Shown here: positions 45,543 to 55,392 of the stretch, piece by piece
How positions within the stretch are numbered: position 1 is the stretch's first letter
How the letters are laid out: each line of letters begins with the position of its first letter
From: Candidatus Eiseniibacteriota bacterium
GTDB lineage: Bacteria; Eisenbacteria; RBG-16-71-46
Assembly (NCBI GenBank): GCA_963744995.1
Contig: CAVUWA010000009.1
Location: forward strand, 448,001 to 512,000
DNA: 64,000 bases
Direction: 5' to 3'
The notes under the pieces: model-generated
The model's database searches: none
Seen by the model: the letters and a program-made list of their open reading frames with translations, nothing else
What the model was told of the DNA's origin: nothing
Made by a program: the position numbers and the translations under genes

Positions 45543-45619
45543 GAGGCGCGCCGGCCGGCCGGCCGTGCCCGCGGCATCGATCCCCGCGTCCGCATGGCGG
45601 AATCGGGTAGAGTCCCACG

Positions 45620-47956
45620 ATGCGATTGTCATCGGGCGCCAGCCTCGGTCCCTACGAGATCGTCGCGCCGCTCGGCGCGGGCGGCATGGGTGAGGTGTAT
45701 CGCGCCCGTGATCCGCGCCTCGGCCGCGACGTCGCGCTCAAGGTGCTGGCAGCCGGGGTCGCCGCGGATCCCGAGCGGCTGCGACGCTTCGAGCGTGAGG
45801 CCCGCACCGTCGCGGCGCTCAACCATCCGCACATCGTCGTCCTCCACTCGATCGAGGAGGCCGATGGCGTGCGGTTCCTCACCATGGAGCTGGTCGAGGG
45901 CGAGAGCCTCGCCGCACAGCTGAAGCCGGGAGGGCTTCCGCTGGAGCGGATCCTCGAGATCGCGATCCCGCTCGCGGAGGCGCTGGTGGCCGCCCACGAC
46001 CGGGGCATCGTCCATCGCGACCTCAAGCCCGGCAACGTCATGATCTCCCGTGACGGCCGGCTCAAGGTTCTCGACTTCGGGCTGGCCCGCGCGTCGGAGT
46101 CCGAGGCGAACAGCGGGGCCATCACGCAGATGGAAACCATGGAGTCGCCCGTGTCGCGGAGCGGCTCGGTCATGGGCACCGTTCCCTACATGTCCCCCGA
46201 GCAGCTGCGCGGGGAGCCGGCGGATGCACGCAGCGACCTGTTCGCGCTGGGGGTGATCCTGCACGAGCTGGCGACCGGCGGTCGGCCGTTCACCGGCGCT
46301 TCCTCGGCGGACGTGTGTTCCGCGATACTGCGCGACCCGCCGCCGCGGCTCGGCGGCGTGCGGTCCGATCTCCCCGCGGATCTCGAGCGCATCGTGGGCC
46401 GCTGCCTCGAGAAGACGCCGCGCGGCCGATACCAGACCGCGCTCGACGTCCTGAACGAGCTGCGGCTGCTGCAGCGCGGGTTCGGCGGGACGACGGCGCC
46501 CGGGCCGGCGGCTCCGGAACGGGTATCGATTGCGGTGCTGCCGTTCACCAACTTCAGTCCCGACCCGGACGACGAGTATTTCTCCGACGGACTCGCCGAA
46601 GAGCTGTTGAACGTGCTCGTGAGGATCCGCGGCCTGCACGTGGCCGCACGCGCGTCGTCCTTCCACTTCAAGGGCCGCCAGGCGCCGATCGCCGAGGTGG
46701 GAGCGGCGTTGCGCGTGGCCCACGTACTCGACGGCAGCGTGCGCAAGGCCGGTCCCCGGGTGCGGATCTCGGTGCAGCTGGTGAAGGTGGCGGATGGTTA
46801 TCACCTCTGGTCCGAGACCTACGACCGCACGCTCGACGACGTGTTCGCCGTGCAGGACGACATCGCACGGTCGGTGGTGCGGGTGCTGCGCCACACGCTC
46901 CTCGGCGCAGCGCCCGACTCGGAAGCGGAGCGCCGGGCACGGGCGGAAGTGGCGTCGGCCGTGCGTGGTCGCGCCGCGGATCCCGAAGCCTGGGACTTCT
47001 ACCTGCGCGGCCGGCACCTGCTGACCTCCACCGATGACGGCCCGGCGCGGGCGCAGGCGATGTTCCTGCGGGCCATCGAGCGCTCGCCCTCGTTCGCGCC
47101 CGCCTATGCCGGACTCGGCGATGCGTACGTGCTCCAGTCGTGGCTGAGCTCGCGTGACCTGAAGGAAGTCGTGGCGAAAGCGCGCGCCGCGCTCGATCGT
47201 GCGCTCGCACTGGATCCCGGGCTGAGCGAAGCGCACGTGCTGTCGGGACAGATCCACATGTACCTCGAGTACGACTGGGCGGCGGCGGAGCAGGCGTTCC
47301 GCACCGCGATCGAACGGAGTCCCGGAAGCGACATCGCCCATCGCGAATACGCGAGCTATCTCTCGCTCGTGGACCGCTGCGACGAGGCGCTCGAAGAGGC
47401 GCGCCGGGCCCAGGCGCTCGATCCGCTCTCCGTCGACGCGACCCACGAACTCGGCTACGAGCTGCTCATGATGGGCCGCTTCGACGAAGCGGCCACCGAG
47501 TTCCGGCGCGCGATCGACCTCAACCCGGAGTGGATCTGGGGCAACATCAAGCTCGGCATGTCCCTCGCGTGCATGGGGCGGCACGCGGAAGCGCTGGCCT
47601 GCGTGCGCAGGGCGGACGAGCTGATCGGCGACCGGCCCCCGAAGCCGCTGGCGGCGTCGTGGCTCGCCAGCATCGAGTGGATGGGCGGACGCACGGAACG
47701 CGGCCAGGCCACGCTGGCGCGACTGCTCGAAGAAGAGAAGACCTCCTATGTCGATCCGGTGGCGATCGCCGAGCTGTACTACGCGATGGGTGACGACGAG
47801 CGGATGCTGGAGGCGATGGAGCGCGGCCTGGAATTGCGGTCGCCGACGATGATCTACCTCTGGCAGGGGACCCGGTCGATGTGGAAGAGGGTCGGGAACC
47901 ACCCGCGACTGTGGCGTCTGATCGAGCGGATGAAATTCCCGGTCCGGAAGCGCTGA
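45620..47956 (+). CDS. Ser/Thr protein kinase with TolB-N-like and TPR domains
   Basis: GAGGMGEV, HRDLKPGN, DFG, SPE, SIAVLPF...YFSDGLAEEL and TPR repeats. Confidence 0.93.
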   Translation: MRLSSGASLGPYEIVAPLGAGGMGEVYRARDPRLGRDVALKVLAAGVAADPERLRRFEREARTVAALNHPHIVVLHSIEEADGVRFLTMELVEGESLAAQLKPGGLPLERILEIAIPLAEALVAAHDRGIVHRDLKPGNVMISRDGRLKVLDFGLARASESEANSGAITQMETMESPVSRSGSVMGTVPYMSPEQLRGEPADARSDLFALGVILHELATGGRPFTGASSADVCSAILRDPPPRLGGVRSDLPADLERIVGRCLEKTPRGRYQTALDVLNELRLLQRGFGGTTAPGPAAPERVSIAVLPFTNFSPDPDDEYFSDGLAEELLNVLVRIRGLHVAARASSFHFKGRQAPIAEVGAALRVAHVLDGSVRKAGPRVRISVQLVKVADGYHLWSETYDRTLDDVFAVQDDIARSVVRVLRHTLLGAAPDSEAERRARAEVASAVRGRAADPEAWDFYLRGRHLLTSTDDGPARAQAMFLRAIERSPSFAPAYAGLGDAYVLQSWLSSRDLKEVVAKARAALDRALALDPGLSEAHVLSGQIHMYLEYDWAAAEQAFRTAIERSPGSDIAHREYASYLSLVDRCDEALEEARRAQALDPLSVDATHELGYELLMMGRFDEAATEFRRAIDLNPEWIWGNIKLGMSLACMGRHAEALACVRRADELIGDRPPKPLAASWLASIEWMGGRTERGQATLARLLEEEKTSYVDPVAIAELYYAMGDDERMLEAMERGLELRSPTMIYLWQGTRSMWKRVGNHPRLWRLIERMKFPVRKR

Positions 47957-48221
47957 AGGGGCGTGCGGTGGGGCCGTTGCCCCGGTCGCGGGCGGGGATC
48001 ATGCGCCATGAGCCGTGCGGGCATCGGCCCCGCGCCGGCGCCGGGAGCACCGCGCCGTCCACCGCGCACTGCCAGTCTGTCGGGCTGACAGGCACGCCGG
48101 CCGACCGGAGCGGGTCGTACCCCGCACCCGTGTGGCGCGCAGCGGGCCGATCACCGCCACCGGCACGCCGTTAGGCGCAGCAGGCCACGGTCCGTGCGTC
48201 CGGCCACTGGATCCGTGCCGG

Positions 48222-48237
48222 TGGCACGCCGGATGCA
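48222..48237 (+). promoter_or_regulatory. Probable sigma-54 promoter
   Basis: TGGCAC-GCCGG-ATGCA with exact GG-N10-GC spacing, about 160 bp upstream of the YbhB gene. Confidence 0.55.
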
Positions 48238-48399
48238 GCACGTTCGAGGGTGGCGATGCGGGTCGAGCCGGCCGCCTCCCGGCGGGTATCGATCACCGGA
48301 CGGCGCTCGATACGCCATGCGTTGCGCGACCCGGCCCGCATCCTGTCCGTCGGAAGCCGACGTGGCGGATGCAGCGCGCATCCGCAGGCAGGAGGAGTC

Positions 48400-48918
48400 A
48401 TGCTCGAGCGAGAAGAGGCGCGGCAGCAGGCCGCTCAGACGACGCGCATGACCGGGACGTTCGAGATCCGCAGCCCGGCGTTCGACGCGGGTGGCCCGAT
48501 TCCGCCCCGGTTCACCTACGACGACGACGACCACTCCCCGCCGCTCGAGTGGAAGAATCCGCCGCCTGGAACCCGAGCGTTCGCACTGATCGTGGACGAC
48601 CCCGACGCGCCGTTCGGGGACTGGGTGCACTGGCTGATCTACGACATTCCGGCCGAGTGCATGGGCCTTCCGGAAGGCGTCGCACGCCGCAGCGTCGTCG
48701 CGGGGATCGGCATGCAGGGCACGAACGATTACGGCAGCATCGGCTACGAAGGGCCCTGCCCGCGTCGCGGCCTCGAGCACCACTATCACTTCCGGCTGTT
48801 CGCCCTTGACCGCCCGCTGCATGCGCCGCCGCGCTACCGGCGCGGTGCGCTCCTCAAGGCGCTGCGCCATCACGTGCTCGCCGAGGCGGATCTGACGGCG
48901 ACCTACCGGCGGCCCTGA
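48400..48918 (+). CDS. YbhB/YbcL (PEBP/RKIP-like) protein
   Basis: SPPLEW, DDPDAP, WVHW, GYEGPCP and HHYHFRLFALD, with an AGGAGG SD. Confidence 0.9.
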   Translation: MLEREEARQQAAQTTRMTGTFEIRSPAFDAGGPIPPRFTYDDDDHSPPLEWKNPPPGTRAFALIVDDPDAPFGDWVHWLIYDIPAECMGLPEGVARRSVVAGIGMQGTNDYGSIGYEGPCPRRGLEHHYHFRLFALDRPLHAPPRYRRGALLKALRHHVLAEADLTATYRRP

Positions 48919-48998
48919 GCGAGGGCCGATCCCCGCGCCGCTCCCCGGCAGGGGCGCCCTGCGGTTGCGGGTGTGCCCCCGCGCCGCAGGGCTTGGCG

Positions 48999-49571
48999 TC
49001 AGTCGTCGTCGTCGCGTTCCGTGCGGCGCTCGTGCCGTTCGTGACCATCGCGATGGTCGCGGGTCTCCGGACCACCGGCGTACGCGGCGTTCCGGCCGCC
49101 GGCCTCGCGCCGCGCTTCCTGCCCCCACGGGGCGAGCGTGCGTTCGAGGCCCCGCGCGAGCGCCTGCTTTTCCGCGGTGGTCAGGCGCGCCTCGGGATGC
49201 ATCAGCAGGTAGTCGCGCGGCGGCATCTCACCCTCCATGATCGTCTCTCCGGCTTCCTCCGCGGCCTCGGTCAGGTTCTCGCCGCCGGTGTCCATCGCGG
49301 TGAAGTTGAGGGCCTCGCGTCCCTCCATGACGTGGCTCTGGATGCGCCACGACAGCGGAGCGATCGACGCGTACCAGGGCCAGCGGGTCCGGTTGCTGTG
49401 ACAGTCGAAGCAGGCGCGCTCGGCCAGCGTCTGCGTGGCGGGTGAATCGAACGCAGCGACCACGCCGTCGGGCGGGTTGACGTGTCGACGGCCGTAGGGC
49501 ACGGACTGCAGCACGATGAGCACAGCGAGGGGAACGAATACGAACAGCGCGAGCTTCCTTCCTGGTGCCAC
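48999..49571 (-). CDS. Heme-binding domain cytochrome c (Haem_bd-like)
   Basis: ACFDCHSN, WPWYASIAP, GREALNF and EMPP..YLLMHPEA, with a GGAGG SD and GTG start. Confidence 0.85.
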   Translation of the reverse strand: MAPGRKLALFVFVPLAVLIVLQSVPYGRRHVNPPDGVVAAFDSPATQTLAERACFDCHSNRTRWPWYASIAPLSWRIQSHVMEGREALNFTAMDTGGENLTEAAEEAGETIMEGEMPPRDYLLMHPEARLTTAEKQALARGLERTLAPWGQEARREAGGRNAAYAGGPETRDHRDGHERHERRTERDDDD

Positions 49572-49641
49572 AGATGCCTCCCGGGTGACGGGCCCATGAA
49601 ACGTTTCGCCTGCAATGTGGCGCGAAGGTCGCCTTTCGCGC

Positions 49642-49659
49642 ATCGGACATTTGCCCTAT
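49642..49659. promoter_or_regulatory. Possible operator for the adjacent LuxR-type regulator
   Basis: Imperfect palindrome ATCGGACATTTGCCCTAT (12 of 18 positions symmetric) between divergent genes. Confidence 0.35.
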
Positions 49660-49699
49660 CGTCGCCGCATAAACCTCTGGCCGGCTTCATCTCCGACAA

Positions 49700-50311
49700 A
49701 TGACGGATTCCGAATCGATCGCCCGTTCCCACCGCACCCGCCGTCTCGTGGCGTGGCTGCTCCTCGCCATGGTCGTGGTGGGGCTGTGGGATCTGTTCAC
49801 CGACTCGCCGCGCATCTGGCGGGGGAGCCACGCGGTGATCGAAGTCACCTTCATCGTGCTCGCCGCAGCCACGGCGCTGGTCCTCTTTCGGGGCTGGATC
49901 GCTTCGGAGCAATCGCTGGTCGGCGTGCGGCGGATGCTCGAAACGCGGCAGGCGGAGCGCGATCACTGGCAGGCTCTCGCCCGGAACGCCCTGCGCGGAC
50001 TCGGCGAGGCCATGGATCAGCAGTTCCACGCGTGGTCGTTGACCGCGGCCGAGAAGGAGATCGCGCTGTTCCTGCTCAAAGGCTACAGCCACCGCGAGAT
50101 CGCCGACCTCACCGGTCGCAGCGAGCGCACCGTGCGCCAGCATGCCGTCGCGGTCTATCGGAAGTCGGAGCTGTCCGGCCGCGCCGAACTGGCGGCGTTC
50201 TTCTTCGAGGACATGCTGCTGCCGCCGACAGCGGCAGAAGACGCGACACCCGCCGTCGATGACTCGCGCGATTCTGATGCTCCATCGCGGAAGAGTCCGC
50301 CGTTTCATTGA
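49700..50311 (+). CDS. Membrane-anchored LuxR-family HTH regulator
   Basis: Two TM segments, a coiled coil and LTAAEKEIALFLLKGYSHREIA...TVRQH. Confidence 0.88.
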   Translation: MTDSESIARSHRTRRLVAWLLLAMVVVGLWDLFTDSPRIWRGSHAVIEVTFIVLAAATALVLFRGWIASEQSLVGVRRMLETRQAERDHWQALARNALRGLGEAMDQQFHAWSLTAAEKEIALFLLKGYSHREIADLTGRSERTVRQHAVAVYRKSELSGRAELAAFFFEDMLLPPTAAEDATPAVDDSRDSDAPSRKSPPFH

Positions 50312-50650
50312 GGAACGCCTGCCTTTTCGTCATTGGACGAAAACGAGGCCCGACGGTCGATTCAGCCCCCTGACGAGGGGAATCCTTTCGCTCCCGGTCG
50401 TTTGGCGGAACCTACGACCCCCTCCTGGGTATCTGATGTATAGATCCCGGGATTGCGTCGCCCGTTGCACATTGAGAGAGTATTCAGTGACCGGCAGCGA
50501 GTTCGCTGGCGGTCATCGTTGTTCCTGGCCGCCGGCCTCCTGCAGCGGATCCAGTGACCGGATCGCCTGCGGTGGAGTGCGGACGTTCATGCCGTCTCCA
50601 CGAGCGGGCTTCGTCGCGAACGGTCGTATCAGCTGACAGGAGTTTCCATT

Positions 50651-51481
50651 TTGGCTCAACCTGCACACCGCTTTTCGATCTGGCGTTTCTCCCTCTGGCT
50701 CACGTTCCAGTTCGCGCTGCTGCTCGTCGGAATGCGCTTCCTCGCGCCCGCCGTCTGGGCTCGACAGATTGCCGCGGGCCCCGGTGCGATCGTCCTCACC
50801 TTCCTCGCGGTGCATCTCGTCATCTGCTTCTTCGAGTGGGGATTCCACCGCTACGTCCTGCACGCCACGGTCGTGCCGTGGCTGAAGCGCTTCTCGCGCG
50901 GCCATCGCAATCATCACGCGCTGACGAACATCCAGCTGCGCCGCGACGAAGCGGGACCCGGACGCGTGGTGCTCAACCGCTACCCGATCGTCGATCAGGA
51001 ACAGTTCGAGGACTCCGCGTTCCCGGTGTATGCGCTGCTCGCGTTCTGGGCGCTGTTCACGCCGCTGCTGATCGTGGCGCAGCGCTTCCTGCCGGGGGCG
51101 CCGGTCTATCTGGCCGGATACGCGGCAGTCGCCTGGTCCATGGCCAGCTACGAGATATTCCACGCCATCGAGCACCTGCCCTATTCCTGGTGGGAGCGCG
51201 CGGTCGAACATCCGCGCTTCGGACGCCTGTGGCGCGCCGTCTATGGCTTCCATCACTTCCATCACGCCAACGTGGGCTCCAACGAGGCCATCTCGGGGTT
51301 CTTCGGCCTGCCGCTCGCCGACTGGGTGTTCCGCACGCACCATCAACCCGCCGACCTCCTGCTGCACGGGCGCATGGCCACGGCGAAGGACTTCGCGGTG
51401 CGTCCGCCGTGGCGGTTCGTCGCCTGGCTGGACCGTTGGGCGCGGGCTCGCGAAGCGAAGATCATGCGCCGCGCGGCCTGA
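50651..51481 (+). CDS. Fatty-acid hydroxylase / sterol desaturase family membrane di-metal protein
   Basis: His boxes HRYVLH, HRNHH, HAIEH and HHFHH, with an AGGAG SD and TTG start. Confidence 0.8.
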   Translation: MAQPAHRFSIWRFSLWLTFQFALLLVGMRFLAPAVWARQIAAGPGAIVLTFLAVHLVICFFEWGFHRYVLHATVVPWLKRFSRGHRNHHALTNIQLRRDEAGPGRVVLNRYPIVDQEQFEDSAFPVYALLAFWALFTPLLIVAQRFLPGAPVYLAGYAAVAWSMASYEIFHAIEHLPYSWWERAVEHPRFGRLWRAVYGFHHFHHANVGSNEAISGFFGLPLADWVFRTHHQPADLLLHGRMATAKDFAVRPPWRFVAWLDRWARAREAKIMRRAA

Positions 51482-51615
51482 TCCGCGGCGATCCTCTGCC
51501 GCCCGGATCGCGCGGCCGCGCGGTGGCGGCGCCCGGCGCGCGTTCCGATCCGCGCGCGCCCTCGGGGCCGGCGGCGCGTCTTCCATCCGACCGCCGAATG
51601 CGCGATGGTGCAGTC

Positions 51616-52125
51616 ATGACGCAGAGCCTCACCGATCGCCTGTGCACGCGCTGCGGGCTGTGCTGCGACGGCTCGCTGTTCGCCGACGTCGAGCTCGCGG
51701 GCGAGCGCGAGGCGACGCCGCTGGAGATCATGGGGCTCGACGTCGAGACCGACGGCGACGGCTTCGTGCTCCTGCAGCCGTGTGCGGCGCTGCGCGGCAC
51801 GCGCTGCACGGTCTACGCGCACCGGCCGCGATGCTGCCGGACGTTCGAGTGCTACCTGTTGCAGCGGGCGCGCACGGGGGAGGTGAGCGTGGACGAGGCG
51901 CTGGCGCGGATCCGCGTGGCGCACGCCCGTATCGGCCGCCTGCGCGCCCTGCTCGGGCCGGCGCCGCGCGGTGCGGACACGCTGTCGCTCGCCGAACGCT
52001 GCGCCGGCGTTCTCGCGCACCCCGCCAGCGGCGCGCGCGCCGCCTCCCGGCGCGCGCGCATCGAACGCGCGCGCGTCGCGGTCAGACGCACGATTCGCGA
52101 GACGTTCCTCGGCACGGGCGGGTAG
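51616..52125 (+). CDS. YkgJ-like cysteine-cluster protein
   Basis: CTRCGLCCDG...QPC...CTVY..RP..CRTFEC. Confidence 0.85.
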   Translation: MTQSLTDRLCTRCGLCCDGSLFADVELAGEREATPLEIMGLDVETDGDGFVLLQPCAALRGTRCTVYAHRPRCCRTFECYLLQRARTGEVSVDEALARIRVAHARIGRLRALLGPAPRGADTLSLAERCAGVLAHPASGARAASRRARIERARVAVRRTIRETFLGTGG

Positions 52126-52282
52126 CGCCACGACGCACTGGCGGCGCCCGCCACGCCGCCCCGGATCCCGCGCCGGACCGCGCCCGGCCGCCCCGCCGGT
52201 TTCCCCGGTTGCCACGCGTTCGCTCCAGCCCTACGTTATTCCGGTTTCCGCTCGTCCGTTCCGACACCTCCTGGAGGTTTCC

Positions 52283-52594
52283 ATGCTGCTCGTCCGCGAC
52301 ATCATGTACTGCAAGCCCGGCAACGTGCGTCCGCTCGCCGAAAAGTTCCTGGCCCTTTCGAAGCTGAGCGCAAAGGTCGGCATGCCGAAGATGAAGGTCA
52401 TGACCGACGTCTGCGCGGAGCGCTTCTGGACCGTCGTCGCCGAGCTGGAGGTCGAAAGCCTCAAGGCGATGGAGGAGATGTATCAGGGCATGAGTGGGAA
52501 CGATGCGAACGCGAAGGAGTTCGAGAAGATCATGCAGGGCTACCACGATCTCGTCGATCAGGGTCGGCGCGAAATCTACAAGATCGAGGGTTGA
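52283..52594 (+). CDS. Small hypothetical protein (NIPSNAP / dimeric alpha-beta barrel-like)
   Basis: GGAGGT SD, strongly coding codon usage and terminal GRREIYKIE. Confidence 0.7.
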   Translation: MLLVRDIMYCKPGNVRPLAEKFLALSKLSAKVGMPKMKVMTDVCAERFWTVVAELEVESLKAMEEMYQGMSGNDANAKEFEKIMQGYHDLVDQGRREIYKIEG

Positions 52595-52670
52595 GCGCAC
52601 CGCCCGCGCGGAACCGCCCATGCCTGCAACGCCGCTGCGGATCCGCGCCGCACGAAGCCGGATGGAGCCC

Positions 52671-53609
52671 ATGACGGGCGGCGCTGTCCGTGCGGCGGCG
52701 TACCTGGCCTGCGGCGCCCTGCTGGTCACCGCGCCGGCCGCGCGGCTGCAGGCCGCGGAACCGCCGGCGGCGGGGCCGGACAGCACCGTCGTGGTGCTGC
52801 TCGGCACCGGCAATCCGCACCCCGATCCGGCTCATCAGGGCCCGGCGACGGCGGTGGTGTTCGCGGGGCGCGTGCTGCTGTTCGACGCCGGGCCCGGCGT
52901 CGAGACGCAGATGGCCGCCGCCGGTCTGCCGATCGCCGGCCCGGAGGCGCTGTTCATCACGCATCTGCACAGCGATCACACGCTCGGCTACCCGGACCTC
53001 GTGTTCACATCATGGGTGATGGGCCGCAGGACGCCGCTCCGGGCGTTCGGCCCGCCGGGGCTCCGCGCGATGACCGCCCATCTCGCGGAGGCCTGGGCCG
53101 AGGACATCCGCATCCGCACCGAGGGGCTCGAGCATGAGACGCCCGGTGGCTGGCGCGTGAACGTGACCGAGACCCGCGGGGGCGTGGTCTACGACAGTGC
53201 CGGCGTGCGCGTCACCGCGTTTCCCGTGCCGCACGGCAGCTGGCCGGTCGCCCTCGGCTACCGGGTGGATACGCCGGATCGCTCGATCGTGATTTCGGGT
53301 GACACCCGTTCCAGCAAAGAGGTCGAGCGACAGGCGCGCGGCGTCGACGTGCTCGTTCACGAGGTGTACGCGGCCGCGGCGCTCGAACCGGAAGCGCGGC
53401 CGGGAGGTGACGACTGGCCGGCGTACATGAAGTCGTTCCACACCTCGGACGAAGAGCTCGGACGCCTGGCGGCGCGCGCCGCACCGCACCTGCTGATCCT
53501 CGTCCACATGGAGTACCGGCCACGCACCGAGGCGGAGGCGGTGGACGTGATCCGTGCCGCCGGCTACCGGGGCCGCATCGTGATCGGTGAGGATCTCGGC
53601 CGCTACTGA
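52671..53609 (+). CDS. Secreted MBL-fold metallohydrolase (RNase Z / arylsulfatase-like)
   Basis: Signal peptide, LLGTG, THLHSDH, SGDT, LVHE and FHT. The start is uncertain (52620-52671). Confidence 0.85.
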   Translation: MTGGAVRAAAYLACGALLVTAPAARLQAAEPPAAGPDSTVVVLLGTGNPHPDPAHQGPATAVVFAGRVLLFDAGPGVETQMAAAGLPIAGPEALFITHLHSDHTLGYPDLVFTSWVMGRRTPLRAFGPPGLRAMTAHLAEAWAEDIRIRTEGLEHETPGGWRVNVTETRGGVVYDSAGVRVTAFPVPHGSWPVALGYRVDTPDRSIVISGDTRSSKEVERQARGVDVLVHEVYAAAALEPEARPGGDDWPAYMKSFHTSDEELGRLAARAAPHLLILVHMEYRPRTEAEAVDVIRAAGYRGRIVIGEDLGRY

Positions 53610-53650
53610 CGGGCCGGCGGCGAGATCTGGCGCGGGCGCCCGCCCGCCGC

Positions 53651-53809
53651 CTACGAGAACCAGCGCCTGGCGAGCCACCAGCCGCCGAACACGCCGGCGA
53701 GGCTGCCGAGTGAACTCACGATGAAGGCCGTCATGATTCCGAAGCGGGCGGCGATACCCCAGCCGATCCAGCCCCCCACGGTCATGCCGATGAAGATGAG
53801 GAGTTTCAT
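53651..53809 (-). CDS. Small two-TM membrane protein
   Basis: 52 aa, MKLLIFIGMTVGGWIGW...GGWWLARR, Gly-rich helices. Confidence 0.6.
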   Translation of the reverse strand: MKLLIFIGMTVGGWIGWGIAARFGIMTAFIVSSLGSLAGVFGGWWLARRWFS

Positions 53810-53999
53810 CGAAGGCGCGGCGGCGCGGGGGACGAGATCTCGTACATGGACGCACTGTACCAGCCCCACGCCTCGGCGCCGGCACCGGTCCTGTGTTCCG
53901 AGAACCTGGACCAGGGAGCGGCCCCGTGCGCACACCGGGCACTCGAGGATCGTCTCCGGCGTCCTCCACGGGATCGCGCCGCCACTCCACTGCAACGCG

Positions 54000-55319
54000 T
54001 TACGAAGCCTGCTTCAACCGTCTTCGCAGGTTCATGAACCCCACCGCGGCCATCAACACGATCAGAGGCTCGATCGGGGCGCGGAAGCGCAGGCCGCCCC
54101 AGATCGCCATGGCGAGGAGCGAGAAGTAGAGCATCATCCACAGCGGCAGCGAATGAAACAGACGGTCGGGTCCGGCGAGGACGGTGATCACTCCCCAGAG
54201 CCCGAGCGGAAAGATGATCAGGGACCAGAGCAGCACCGGGTCCACGTGCGCCGCGAGCCGGGCGAGCAGGGAGCCGCGATTCTGCCAGGTTCCGGTGCCG
54301 CCGCCTTCGGCGGTCATGCGCCAGAACCGGGCGAGCTTGGCGAGCGCCATCTCCGGAAGGCGGGAGGCGTGTGCGCGTGCGAAGCGCATCGCCTCGGCGC
54401 GCGCGAGTCGATCGCCCTGGATCTCCGGCATGCGGATCAGCGAGTCGTACGGTTGAGCCTTGACGTCGAGCCAGCCGCTGCCGCGCAACGCGGGCTCGTC
54501 CCACGACCGCGGGTTGTAGCCGTCGAGCAGCACGCGGCCGCCGTTGGTCGAGATGGGAACGAGCGCGTGGAACACGAGGGCGTTGCGCAGCGTCCACGGC
54601 CCCACGCTCGAGACGAGGCCCAGACCCAGGAGGGCGATCTGCGCGAGTCGCGCGCCGCCCCCCACGGCGCGTCCGAGCGGCCGCCAGGCCCACAGCGACA
54701 CCACGACCGGCAGCAGCAGGGCGAGCGGTCTGGCGAGCGAAGTGAGACCCCAGACGACGCCGGTCGCGAAGGCGACCCAGACGGACGGGCGCCGCACCCA
54801 GCGCGTGCCGAGCCACAGCGCGAGCAGCATCAGTGCGATGAACAGACTCTCGGTCAGCAGGTATCCGGTGAAGAACACGATCAGCGGATTGACCGCCGCG
54901 AGCCATCCCGCCAGCCATCCGACGCGTGCGTCGAACAGGGCCGTACCGAGCAGGACCACCAGGAGCGGCACGAGCGCCGCGATCAGACACTGGGCCTGCA
55001 CCGCCAGCTCGTAGCGATGCCCGAAGGTGCGATAGACGAGGCTGGTCAGGAACGGCAGGAGCGGCGGCCGGTAGGCGGTGGGACGCGTGTGCCCTTCGGT
55101 TCCGAGCGAATAGCCCGCGCCGCTCGCGAGATTCCAGGCAATGGTGTCGTAGTGGGCGGGATCCGAGTACGGAACCGTGCCCGGGCCGGACAGCATCCAC
55201 GCGTAGCCGGAGCGCAGGACGAGGGCGACGGCGAACAGGAGGAGCCAGCGCAGGCGGCGCGGGCGGGGGGCCGGTGGGGCGGACGGGTGCGTGACGGCGG
55301 GCGCGGAGGCGTGCAGCAT
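54000..55319 (-). CDS. GT-C fold membrane glycosyltransferase (ArnT/PMT-like)
   Basis: SDPAHY loop, RPPLLP, LLTESL, PWTLRN and RFRAP, multipass. Confidence 0.8.
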   Translation of the reverse strand: MLHASAPAVTHPSAPPAPRPRRLRWLLLFAVALVLRSGYAWMLSGPGTVPYSDPAHYDTIAWNLASGAGYSLGTEGHTRPTAYRPPLLPFLTSLVYRTFGHRYELAVQAQCLIAALVPLLVVLLGTALFDARVGWLAGWLAAVNPLIVFFTGYLLTESLFIALMLLALWLGTRWVRRPSVWVAFATGVVWGLTSLARPLALLLPVVVSLWAWRPLGRAVGGGARLAQIALLGLGLVSSVGPWTLRNALVFHALVPISTNGGRVLLDGYNPRSWDEPALRGSGWLDVKAQPYDSLIRMPEIQGDRLARAEAMRFARAHASRLPEMALAKLARFWRMTAEGGGTGTWQNRGSLLARLAAHVDPVLLWSLIIFPLGLWGVITVLAGPDRLFHSLPLWMMLYFSLLAMAIWGGLRFRAPIEPLIVLMAAVGFMNLRRRLKQAS

Positions 55320-55392
55320 CGACCCGAGCCTAGCAGAGGCGCTGCCGCGGGGCCACGGCGGCGGGCGATCCTGTCGCTGGCGCGGACGCCGT

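Noticed and set aside
50336..50400. CTGACGA near a GAAA, resembling a hammerhead ribozyme core
   Set aside because: GAAA does not follow the putative stem II, so the core topology fails.
53810..53995. Cys-containing upstream extension (ECPVC) of the small membrane protein
   Set aside because: No SD or coherent domain is visible. It may be a remnant but cannot be supported.
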